A DNA stretch of 53,445 nt from Elusimicrobiota bacterium. GTDB lineage: Bacteria > Elusimicrobiota > Elusimicrobia > F11. This document shows, one piece after another, positions 9,833-21,500 of this stretch. Each line of letters starts with the position of its first letter. Position 1 is the stretch's first letter. The DNA is taken from contig JBJXGI010000086.1 in NCBI GenBank assembly GCA_046153645.1, forward strand, positions 1 to 53,445, in the 5' to 3' direction. The notes beneath the pieces are model-generated. The model worked only from the letters and a program-made list of their open reading frames with translations. It did no database searches and was not told the origin of the DNA. The position numbers and the translations under genes are program-made.

Positions 9833-10990
9833 ATGGCCCAGCCTGCTAAAGTTTCTCTCGAACTTCTTAACGAAGAATCCAATAATAAAAATAATCGAAT
9901 TCTCATTATTGATGATGAAGAGCAATCTCGTTTATTGTGTAAACGATTTTTAGAAGAAGAAGGGTATCTTATTGAAGTATGTGGAGAAGGAAAAAAAGCT
10001 GTTGAACTTTTGACTAGGCATGTTTTTGATTTGGTCTTGGCCGACTTAGCGATGCCCGATATGAATGGGGTTGAGTTGGTTAAACATGTGAAATACCATC
10101 ATCCTCAAACCAACGTCATTATTATGACGGCCTTTGGCTCAATCACTTCTGCTGTGGAATCAATGAAATCAGGTGCCTATGACTATATCACCAAACCCTT
10201 TCCACGAGATATATTGCGGGCAACAGTTAAAAGATGCCTGGAAAGTCATAATCTCAAACGTGAAATTTCGAAAATGCAGATGGAATTAATTAAAAAAGAT
10301 CGCTTGGCTGCTGTGGGCGCTATGGCTGGTGCCATTGCACATCGGATGCGAAACCCCTTAAATATCATTCAGATGTGTGCTCAGTATCTACAAGGGCAAT
10401 TAGGTGGGAACCAAGAGCATCAGGAAATTTTACAAGCGGTCGAAGAAAAAGTGAAAGTATTAGAACAATTAACGAGAGATTTTGTCGAGTATTCAAGAGC
10501 TTCTCGAATTAAAAAAACACCTGAGCATATGGAAAAGTTGTCTGATGAAGTTATTCAGGAGTGTGAACCACGTTGCAAAATTCAAGGCGTTGAGGTTATT
10601 CGACGATATCAAAATGATTTACCTGTTGTTATGGTTGATGCCGATCTTATTCGCGAAGTTTTCACGAATATTATCTCGAATGCGTTGGAAGCAATGAAAG
10701 GAGAAGGAAAAATTATTATTTCTATTGGTCTTGATAGAAGTATTAATTTTATTTTAATTGCAATTTCTAATTCGGGAAGTGTTCTCCCAAAAGAGTTACA
10801 AGAAAAAATATTCGAGCCTTTTTTTACAACCAAAGAGACGGGAATGGGTTTGGGTTTGGCCATTGTAAAACAAGTCGTGGACGGTCATGGGGGGAAAATT
10901 CAGGTTTCAGGTGATACCAATACCAACTCAACAACTTTTAGATTTATTATTCCGTTAAAAGAAACAGGAGAATCCAAAATTGCCAAGTAA
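9833..10990 (+). CDS. Cytoplasmic REC-HisKA-HATPase hybrid kinase
   Basis: N-terminal receiver (LIIDDE, ADLAMP, GAYDYITKPF); H-box IAHRMRNPL; FEPFFTTK, GMGLGL; no TM. Confidence 0.9.
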   Translation: MAQPAKVSLELLNEESNNKNNRILIIDDEEQSRLLCKRFLEEEGYLIEVCGEGKKAVELLTRHVFDLVLADLAMPDMNGVELVKHVKYHHPQTNVIIMTAFGSITSAVESMKSGAYDYITKPFPRDILRATVKRCLESHNLKREISKMQMELIKKDRLAAVGAMAGAIAHRMRNPLNIIQMCAQYLQGQLGGNQEHQEILQAVEEKVKVLEQLTRDFVEYSRASRIKKTPEHMEKLSDEVIQECEPRCKIQGVEVIRRYQNDLPVVMVDADLIREVFTNIISNALEAMKGEGKIIISIGLDRSINFILIAISNSGSVLPKELQEKIFEPFFTTKETGMGLGLAIVKQVVDGHGGKIQVSGDTNTNSTTFRFIIPLKETGESKIAK

Positions 10991-12338
10991 GGGAAAAGTT
11001 TTAGTTATCGACGATGAACCTCAAGTTGGAATGATATTTACTAAGGTTTTAGAATCCGCAGGCTATGACGTCGTTGCCGTTTCGACGGGAGAAGAGGGTT
11101 TGCGTCGGATGGATTCAAAACCGCAGGTGATTTTTTTAGATATTAAATTACCCGGAATTGATGGCGTAGAAACATTACGTCGAATACGAAAACAGGTGCC
11201 AGATATTCCTGTTGTCATGATGACAGCACACCAGACGGTTGATACTGCTGTGGCCAGCATGCGTTTGGGCGCAATGGACTACCTCATTAAACCTCTTGAT
11301 ACCAGTCGAATCAAAGAAGTGGTAAAACACGCTTTTTTGTTGGCCAATTCTCCGATGAATTCAACTCCCGATGTGGTGATTTCTCCTGGTGAAATGGTAG
11401 GGAAAAGTGAAGCTTTTATTGAATGTCAGAGATTGATTAATAAAGTGGCTCCTACGGATTTAACTGTTCTTCTTTTAGGCGAATCCGGAACTGGAAAAGA
11501 ATTAACCGCTCACGCTATTCATATGGCATCCAAACGAAGTGGGAAAGCTTTTGTGCCGGTTGATTGCGCTGCTTTACCCGAAACTTTAATGGAATCTGAA
11601 CTATTTGGATATGAAAAAGGAGCTTTTACGGGAGCAGAAGAATCTAGGCCCGGTCGTTTCGAAATGGCCAACGATGGAACTTTGTTCTTAGATGAAATTG
11701 GGAATTTGTCTTTATCAGTGCAAGCTAAGTTATTGCGTGTTCTTCAGGATCCATCATTTGTGAGATTGGGGGGAAGAAAACAAGTACGAGTTAACGTTCG
11801 TGTTATTGCTGCGACCAATAAGGATTTAGAGGTGGCCTCAGCACAAGGAGAGTTTAGAGAAGATTTGTTTCATCGAATTAAAGTTTTTACCGTTGAATTG
11901 GTCCCTCTTCGCAATAGATTGGGAGATGTTCCCACTTTAGTTGAGTATTATTTAAAAAAATATTCCCAAGAAATGGACGTGCCGCTCAAAAAAATATCTC
12001 CAAAAGTAATGGATATTTTTAATCATTATCGTTGGCCTGGAAATATTCGAGAGTTATCTAATGCGTTACGAAGTGCCGTGGTTTTAGCTGATGATGTGAT
12101 AACTGAGGAACATATTCCAACCAGCATTCGATATTCACAGTCTTCTGGTTTGGTTAAGGCAACAGTCTCTAAAACTGGTGACGCTGGTCTCAAGGATATA
12201 ATGAAAAAAGTTGAGCGTGAGCATATTTTAGGTATATTAAAAAAGGCAAATGGGGATAAATCGCTGGCGGCTAAGGTTTTGGGCATTGACTTAAAAACCT
12301 TGAATTCTAAAATTAAAGAACATCGAATTGAGTTTTAA
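10980..12338 (+). CDS. NtrC/AtoC-family sigma54-dependent response regulator
   Basis: REC, then AAA+ domain with GESGTGKE, intact GAFTGA, LFLDEIG, WPGNIREL, then Fis-type HTH (AAKVLGI); TTG start with AGGAG RBS, overlapping the upstream stop. Confidence 0.92.
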   Translation: MPSKGKVLVIDDEPQVGMIFTKVLESAGYDVVAVSTGEEGLRRMDSKPQVIFLDIKLPGIDGVETLRRIRKQVPDIPVVMMTAHQTVDTAVASMRLGAMDYLIKPLDTSRIKEVVKHAFLLANSPMNSTPDVVISPGEMVGKSEAFIECQRLINKVAPTDLTVLLLGESGTGKELTAHAIHMASKRSGKAFVPVDCAALPETLMESELFGYEKGAFTGAEESRPGRFEMANDGTLFLDEIGNLSLSVQAKLLRVLQDPSFVRLGGRKQVRVNVRVIAATNKDLEVASAQGEFREDLFHRIKVFTVELVPLRNRLGDVPTLVEYYLKKYSQEMDVPLKKISPKVMDIFNHYRWPGNIRELSNALRSAVVLADDVITEEHIPTSIRYSQSSGLVKATVSKTGDAGLKDIMKKVEREHILGILKKANGDKSLAAKVLGIDLKTLNSKIKEHRIEF

Positions 12339-12356
12339 ATCAATTTGAAGCGTGAG

Positions 12357-12372
12357 TGTGACAAAAATCACA
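12357..12372. promoter_or_regulatory. CRP/FNR-family-like palindromic site TGTGA-N6-TCACA
   Basis: TGTGAcaaaaaTCACA, an exact match to the CRP core, in the intergenic region before the giant gene. Confidence 0.5.
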
Positions 12373-12445
12373 TCGAAAAATCGCCTTTTTCTCTTCAGAT
12401 AAAAATCTTCAGAAATTCCTAGAAAACACTGGTTTTTAGCAGGTT

Positions 12446-12498
12446 TTAACCTAACCTTAATGAGACCTTAATCTGACACTGTTACGATTCTGTTACAA
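12446..12498 (+). promoter_or_regulatory. Conserved upstream element, copy 1: TTAAY boxes x3 and TGTTAC x2 at 11-bp period
   Basis: TTAACCTAACCTTAATGAGACCTTAATCTGACACTGTTACGATTCTGTTACAA; 42/53 identical without gaps to 49585-49637. Confidence 0.75.
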
Positions 12499-12500
12499 CT

Positions 12501-15500
12501 ATGGTGACTTTAAACACGCTCGATCAAAAACTTTTTGGATGGCCGGGGAAAATTATTCCGCGGTTATTTTCATTTGTAATTTTTTCTGCTTTATTTATTC
12601 TTATTTCCCTTCCTTTAAGCGCGGTTGATCGTATTTGGACAGGTCTTGGGAGCAATAATAATTTTTCAACAGCTGAAAATTGGAGTGGAACCGCTGTTCC
12701 TGGTGCCTCTGACCGAGCTATTTTCGATGGAACCTCTAATAAACCATGTAATATTAATACTGATGTTACCCTTGATACCATTCAAACAACACTAACCTCT
12801 ACTGCCACAATTACCCTTAACAGTGCTAGATTTTTAACGACTACGGTTCTTGATTTTCAGGGAGGAAGTTTCTCCGCTGTAGGGACGAACAATCAAATTA
12901 TTGTTAATAGTACTTTTAGTAAAGCTTCAGGTTTTTCTTTTAATGCGGGGAGTTGCACTGTTGATTTGGATGGATCGAATATCTATATGTTAGGGTCAAC
13001 GACTTTTTATCGTTTGATTGCAGATCATGTCGGCGCGACCGTTAAATTTGATGTTAATGAAACGGTTACCGTTTTAAATTCTCTTACCCTGCGAGATGGC
13101 GTATTCACTTCTTTAGTTGATGGTAGTCATTGGAAATTAAATTTTTTAGGAACTACTTTAATATTACAAGGAGCTCAGATTAAAGATTCTGACGCGTCTC
13201 TTGGACAAACAATCATTGCAGATGCGTCAAATACAAATTTAGGTAATAATATTAATTGGATTTTCCTCGCAGACGAGCCTCAAGCAGTTGGAAATTTACA
13301 AGTGTTCAAAGAAGCTCAAATTGGAGTCACTTGGAATAGTCCCCCTGGTGGAGCGCTTCAATATGAAATTCGTGCTGCGACTTACCCGATTAATAATGGA
13401 AATTTAACTTCTGTTTCGCTTGTTTTTAATATTGCTTCCTCGGTTTCAATATCAACTCAAAGTCTGGCTTTTTCAGTTGGAAATCTTTTGTTTGACACGG
13501 ATCATTTCATCTCAATAAGAGCCAAAAGAGCAGGTGCTTTTGGAGTTGCTAGTTTCGCCGGGCCTGTTCAATCTGGTAGATATTGGAAGCAGGCCGTGGG
13601 CCTACCTCAAGATATGGTTAAGCCCATGATTAAGTTGGGTGATTATAATTTAGATGGATATCTTGATGTTGCTGTTGTTGGGCAAGTGGGTACATCATCC
13701 AAGCTCAGGGTGTTTAGATGGGATTCGACAAATAAAACTTATGTTGGCGTCATTAATGAGCTTATGTTTGGCAATGATCCCTTGGTTGAGTGGATTGATG
13801 TGGATTCAGATGGGGATCTTGACCTTCTTTATTCAGATAGCGTAGATACGAATTTTTTAAGAAATGATTCTGGTGTTTTAACCCAGGCATCGATGGGGAA
13901 TATTTCCGCTTTTGCAAAGGGCGTTTTGGCTTCTGGTGATATTGATAATGACGGTGATGTTGATATTGTTATTTCTGCGCAAAGAACCGTAAATGATACT
14001 CCTGATATCCGTTTTTTAATTAATGAGAATCGCGTTCTTAATATGAGTCAGGAGGTTATAGAAAATAGCGCCATCACCAAAGGTTCATTGGCTTTAGGTG
14101 ATGTGGATTGGGATGGGAAATTAGATATTTTGATTAGCGGTGAATGGTCGGGAACGCGAAAATTAATGATTTACCGAAATGATTCCAAATTGAAGTTTAC
14201 GCAAATTTTAAATGCAACAGGTTTATCTAAGTCAGGCGTAGCGTGGACTGATTATGACGCAGATGGAGATTTAGACTTCGCTACCATGGGAGAGTTGGCC
14301 ACACTTCAAAAAACGGTACGCGTGTTTCGAAATGATTCGGGCTCATTTAACCAGTCTTTTAGTTTTCTACCGAGAATTGATTCAGGTGGAGACGCTCCCG
14401 GTTCGATTGCTTGGGCAGATGTTGATAACGATGGCGATTCTGATTTAATTGTTATGGGGAGTGATGGAACTCAGGCTCGTTTCGTTATTTATATGAACTC
14501 AAACCCAGCAGATCCTTCTACCTGGTCAACGATAACTGAGCCTATTGCCACAAATAAAGGTCTGCAAATGGGGTCCATTGTAGTGGGCGATATTGATGGC
14601 GACGGGCCTGGTCAAAGTGGAGATGTAGACTTTATTTTAGGCGGAAGTGATTCTGGTGGGCCAAAAATGTTCCTACTAGAAAATCTTTATTACTCTACTT
14701 ATTCTTTAACAAATCCCAATGATCGACCGGGAATCCCCCAAACACTTCTTGAAAGCCATTTCTTAGATGACGTTACATTAACTTGGGACTCTGCCACTGA
14801 TTCCGAAACGCCCTCTAACGCGCTTTCTTACCAAATTCAAGTTGCTTCACATAATTTCATTACTAATTCTTATGCGCTTTCCGGTGTCCATGGGACTCCT
14901 CTTTTAGGCAATTATTTTAACAACAGAATTTCTAGGTTGCAGTTGGGCACTAAAGTAAGGCTTATTGATGACGCAACATATTATTGGCGGGTTAAAGCTA
15001 TAGATAATGGAAATGCGCAGGGTTTTTATGTGCAGGCTTCATCATCATTTTATGTTGCTGCTGTACCGCCCGCGCCTATTACTGATTTAGAGGCACTGAC
15101 AGGGGCTCAAGTTACCTTAACTTGGTCGGCCCCTGCTGCACATCCAAACGGAGAGGGAATTATTTCTGGTTATGAAATTTATTATTCCTCGGCGGTTAAT
15201 CCAAATCCAGCGCAACTCGATCCTCCCATCTGGAACAGGTATCTGGCTTCAATAACACCACTTGCTCCAGGAGGAAAACAACAGCTCACGATGACAGGTC
15301 TTACTCCGTTTTTAAATTATTGGTTTGCGGTTAGATCGTTTAATAAAAAAACGTTTTCTGTTAATGCCGCTACAGCGACTGCTAAAGCGGGTCATTTTTT
15401 AGATCTTTCATCAAAAATATCGACGTCATTGGGTTTTTCTAGAGGAAATATTGCGTGGGCTGATTTAGATATTGATGGTGATTTGGATTTTGTGGTTTGC

Positions 15501-18500
15501 GGTAGCACAGGCTCTGGAGTTGTTTCTGCTGTTTATACTTATAATGGATCTCAATTTATTTCCGCGCAAAATTTAAACGAAAAATTAGACAACTGTAATT
15601 TAAGTTTGGGTGATTATGATAATGATGGATGGGTTGATTTGGGTATTCGAGGTCAACTTGCGGGGGGAGGTGCTTCTGGTTCTCGAATTTATATATATAA
15701 GAATAGAGCCAATAGTCAAACTCCGACAAATATATTTAATCCACCAAGCGACTCCATTGTTATTGATCCTTCTTTAAATGTGGGCTTATTTGGTCAAGTT
15801 CAATGGGCTGATTTTGATTCCAATGGAACTCAAGACTTAACTTTTATTGGGGCTAGTGGCGGTCTTTACGCTTTCACTTATAATTCATTGTTGTCTCGGT
15901 TTGAAAGTATTCGTATTTCAACTCAAGGTGCAGCTACAACTGGTGGTTCTTTGGCCTGGGCGGATATAGATTCTGATGGCGACCTAGACGTTGCTTTTGC
16001 TGTGCGAGACGAATCCGCTATTTTAAGGAACCAAGGAAATGGCGTGTTTACTCGAAGATGGACGGGCATCGGCGTTGAAGGCTCACAGCTGGCCTGGGGC
16101 GATTATAACAATGACGGTTTTTTAGATTTAGCACGAACCGGACAAACAACGTCCAATACTCAGATTTTTCAAATTCAAGTTGGGAATTCCAATTTAGATT
16201 ACAACGCGCAGGTTATTAATCTTTCAACAGGAATTCATACGGGCAATCGATTGCCAGGAATGTTGGCTTGGGCCGATTTAAATAATGATGGTTATCCAGA
16301 ACTCATGGGGACGGGGGCCAGAGGCTCATTAGAGTCGAAAAAATTTCTCGTTTTTTCTAATAAACATGCAACCACGCCTGATAGTTTTGAATTAGAAGAA
16401 TTCCCTTTTGGAAAGGATTTTGGCTTTCAGCAAGGGGGACTTGCTTTAGGTGACTATAATAACGATGGAGATGTCGATGTTATTGTTTCAGGTTTACTCT
16501 CCCAGCCTGGAGGCGGAGAAGTTCCTACTATTTCACTTCTCGAAAACTTAGAAAACAATCAAGGGGGAAATGCCCCCATACTTCCCGGGGCGCCGAGTAA
16601 TCTTTCTGCAAGTGTAAGCACCACAACAGGGCTGGCAACTCTTAGTTGGGACGGCCCATCTTACAGCGCTTCTTTAAGAAAGGGATTGTATTACAATGTT
16701 TTTGTCAAAGACCGTGATTCCAATCAGGTCTATATTTCTAGTGCTTATGCTTCTCCTTTATTAGGTAATAATTTGCTTCATTCAACAGGAGTGGTGAAAT
16801 TATCTGTTTCTTTGCCTGATTCGAAATCTTATTCCTTCCGAGTTCAATCTATTAATTCAGCTTTGATGAAAGGGCCTTTTTCAGGATTTGTTAATTTTTC
16901 CGTTCCTGCGATTCCGCCGGCTGTTATTACTGATTTAGCTGGTTTAGAGGGTTCTCAGGTTCGTCTTCATTGGACTGCTCCTGGCGAAGATGGTTCTGTG
17001 GGAACACCCACTCGCTACCGAATTTATTATGCGACAAATAGTTTTACAACGGGTCTTGAACCCGGTGTTTCGGTGTACACCATTGAAGGAATTTCTGCAA
17101 ACCCACCACTCAAAAAAGCAGGAGAACAAGAATCTCGTGATATTCCTATCCTGGTTCCTAATCTTTCATATTTTTTCAGAGTGGCAGCAGAAGATCGAAA
17201 TGGCGCGCGCGCCCCTTTAAGTGGTTCAGTCAATGTGGTTGCAACATATTTTGAAAAAGTCCCATTTGAAAGTTTTTCTGGTTTATCTGAATCTTCATTA
17301 GTTGTCGGAAATACAACAGTTGGCCAAGATTCTTATTTGGATATGGCCATGATGGGTGGAGACTCGACTACGTCTAGAGTATTAAGAGTGTTGGTGGGAC
17401 AAGGGGCGGGAGATTTTAATCAGGTTACTATTGCCAATGAAGGGTTGAAAGATGGCGCGCTTGCTCTTGTTGATATCGACCGCGATAATGATTTAGATTT
17501 TATTGCCTCCGGATTTAATTCTGCAAATACGCCTGTCACAAAAGTGTTTTTAAACAACAATAATTCTTACAGTGTCTTAGGGGCTACTTTACCAGCCATG
17601 ACAAAAGGTTCATTTGCCATTGCCGATATCGATGGAGATGGAGATCTTGATATTGTGGCTGTTGGCAGTGGGTTATCTGGGATTCAAATGTTTGAAAATA
17701 GATCAAATGATTTGGTGTTTAGTTTGCTTCCTCGAACGCTTTATAATGTTTCATTCTCATCCGGAGCTGCTATAACAACTGCTGATATAGATAGAGATGG
17801 GGATATTGACTTAGCGGTGAGCGGTTTTGATGGATTAAAAAACAGATTCATCCTTTTAAAACAAAACGCCGGTGTTTTTTCTGTTTTCAAAGAACCATTA
17901 GGAAGTGTTGATGGCTATAGAAATGGATCCTTGGCATTTGCCGATTTTAATTTAGATGGAAGATGGGATATTGTTGCTTCAGGTGAACGCCAAACTGGGA
18001 GTGAATTGGTCATTTATGAAGGGCCCATCAATCCTAGTGACCCTTATATTGTTCACTCCGCTAACCAACCGATGTCTTCGGCTGCTGGTGGTTCAAATTC
18101 ATTGGTTGTTGGTGATATCAATAATGATGGATACACTGATTTTGCTGTTGTTGGAAGTAGCGGTAATTTGGCCAATGCAGAGAGACTATTTGTCTATATA
18201 AATAATCAAAGTCTTCCTACCGGAGCGCTCAATTGGTCCCGCCAGCAACCGCTGGGAACAAACACTGGTCTTACTAAAGGTTCGTTGGCATTTGGGGATT
18301 TTGATAACGACCGCGATCTCGATTTGGTTGTCACGGGGCAAGTATCAACATCACGAATGATTTATTATTTTAATAATCGACAAGGTGAAGCAGGGCTTCC
18401 TATTAATGCCTCTCCTTCAAAGCCAGCACTTAATTTCATTCGCGATTCTCAAAGTAATCTCGTTACTTTTGATTGGACTCATCCAGGTTCAGAAAATGAT

Positions 18501-21500
18501 CGTATTGCTTATACCTATGATTTAGCAGTTGATTACCGCCGAAATGGAACGGGACCAACTTATCATTTGGTTACAGGACAACAACACTCGCCTCTGCATG
18601 GAAATGTTCCTACCATAGGTCTTGTTTCTTCAAGTCGAACACTGAGTTTATTTGATAACGCAACGTTCTATGTAAAGATTCGGGCTGTTGATACAGGGTT
18701 CCAAGTAAGTCCCTGGTCAGACCAAATTACAATAGATATTGGAAATATCCCTCCTGGCCCTATTACAGATTTTGTTGCAAGCAAATCAGGAAAAATTGAA
18801 TTAACCTGGACGGCTCCCGGAGGTGATGGAAATCAAGGTCAATTACAGTCTTATGAAATTCGATGGACGACGGAAGCTATTAATTCAGGGAATTTTTCCT
18901 CAGCAAACCTATTAAGCGGCATTCCAGCACCAAAACCTGTTGGCAGTGCGGAGAGTTTAATGGCTTCCAATGGTTTTAAAGTTGGGACGACATATTATTT
19001 CGGAATTAAAGGTTACGATGATGCTGGAAATCCAACGCCTTTGGTTACTTCCTCAGCAGTTGCAGGAAACTTTTCACTTGCGCAGACACTCACAGGATTG
19101 GGAGATAGTGCTATTGCCGCGGCTGATTATAATAATGATGGGCACCATGATTTGGTTTTAGCAGGAGAGGATAATTTACAGGGTTGGTTAAATTCAGGTT
19201 CTGGCGCTTTTAGTGCTGATGCTCAAATAAACCTTTCAGGTTTCACCTTTGCTTCAATTGCAGCTCTCAATTATAACAATGATGGAAATATTGATTTTCT
19301 TGTTTCCGGAACTCAGGCGGGAGCGAAAAAAGTTTTCTTATATAAAAATCAACGTCCCCTAACACCAGTATTAATTCCAGATGCGCATTTTAATATGACT
19401 GGTTTTGATGAAGGGTCTATTGCTTGGGGCGATTTTGATCGCGATGGTGATTACGATGCTGCTGTTGCAGGAAAAGGATTAGACGGAATTTACATTTATA
19501 AAAATAATTATAGAGAGAATCCACTCATCCCATTTATTGCTGAAAAAATTGATGACATGGTTTTGTCAAATGGCGCTTCACTGGCATGGGCAGACGCAAA
19601 TAATGATGGAGTTCTCGATTTGGCTGTGGCAGGACAAGATAGTGGTGGGTTTCCTCACTTCTGGATTTTTACTGGTAAAGCTATTGGTGGCTTTAATCCT
19701 CCTTATTTCATGATTCAAACGAGCGGAGCTGAAACAGATGGCTATGCGGAAGCTGCTCTTTCTTGGGCCGATTTTAATGGCGATGGGAAGTTGGATATTG
19801 CTATTACAGGTTATCGAAGAAATGGTCGTGATTCGCGCGTGTTCTTCAATCAAACTTCCGGTGCAAATTTAAGTTTTACCAATACTTCCCTTCCTGGCGC
19901 GGGCCTTTCTTCTGGCCGAAAAACTCAAGGTGCTTTAGTTGTCGCAGATCTTAATAATGATGGAAAATTTGATATCGCTCTTTCTGGAACTGACGGAACA
20001 CGTACAAGGTTCTTCACTTACCTTAACCAGTCTGGGTCTTGGGAATTGGTTGAACCTTTAGGTAAAAATAAGGGTTTAGATAAATCAGCTCTGAGTACCG
20101 CTGATTTCGACAAAGATGGTGATGTCGATTTGGTTTTATCTGGTTTTATGGGTGCAGTAAAACGAGTTTATGTTTTCTTAAATAAAGCAGCAGACGATTC
20201 TGGTTTTGGAGGTGCTAATTCACCACCCAATGCACCGTCTTCATTAACAGCGGGAATAAGTGGAAACCAAATTTCAATAAATTGGCCTGCCACCAGCGAT
20301 CCTGCCTCTGGTGGTCCCACTCCGAGTAACGCGTTAAATTATGATTTAGAAGTGTTAGTCAAACCCATTGGAAATATTTCTTATGACGTTTACCAAAGTT
20401 CGTATTTAGGAGCTCCTCTCCTTGGCAGTATTTCACCTACGCGTGGCGCTAATTTCTCTTATTCTCTTTCTGCCAGAGACAACGCTGATTATCAGATTCG
20501 TTTGCGTGCTGTGGATGCGGGGTTAACGCCTGGTCCCTGGTCAAGCGTACTTTCAACTTCTGTTCCTGCGATTCCACCAGATGCTATTTCAAATTTGGTT
20601 GCAACCCAAGGGTCTCAAATTAATTTGACTTGGACAGCCACAGGAGCTGATGGCAGCTTTGGCCAGGCCAGTGGTTATGACTTAAGATATTGGATTTCGG
20701 GTCAAAGTTATTCAGATCCGTTGGCCGTTTTGGTTGGATTGCCATCGCCCAAACCGTCTGGTCAAATAGAAACAGCTGTTGTTAGTGGGCTTGTTCCTGG
20801 AACTTCATACTTCTTTGGTATTCGTGCCTTTGATAACGCTTCTCAATTTTCTCCCGTTTCAAATATTGTGAATGCCACCGCAGGACTCTTTGAAGGATTT
20901 GCTGATTTAAGTGGACTTAAACAAGGCGGAGTATCTATCGGAAGCCTTTTCCCTGGAGAAAAGAATTTTATTGTGATGGGATCGAGCCAAGACGCTTCAG
21001 GTCAGGCGGTTTTGTATTCATACGCGTCAAACCAAGTGACGTTAAAACAAAATTTAAATAAAGAATTTTTGTCAGGGGTTCCTAGTTTTACTGATTTTGA
21101 TGATGATGGTAAGTTGGATTTAGTTATTGGCGGACAGGTGAAATTTTTCTCAAGTTCTCTTCCTAAAACCGTTTTCTTTAAAAATAATGGGACCGCTTTG
21201 GTTGAACAGCCGGGGATGGAATTATCTTTAGAGCCCAATTCTATTTCTTGGTCTGATTTCGATAATGATGGAGATTTGGATTTATTAATTGGAGGTCAAA
21301 CCTCTGGTTCATCACGTGTTTCACGCGTCTATGAAAATAGAAGTGGAGCTTTTGTTCAAGTATGGGAAAAGTCAACAGGTGGAACAGCTGCCTGGGTTGA
21401 TGTTGATCAAGATGGTTGGGTTGATGTTCTTTTGTCAGGCAAAGGTTTTTTTGCTAATTCCTCTCAAACGGCTGTTTATAAAAATATTTTTGTTTCTTCA

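Noticed and set aside
12339..12500. Sigma54 (-24/-12) promoter for the giant gene, given the adjacent sigma54 activator
   Set aside because: I found no TGGCAC-N5-TTGC-like sequence with correct GG/GC spacing in this interval.
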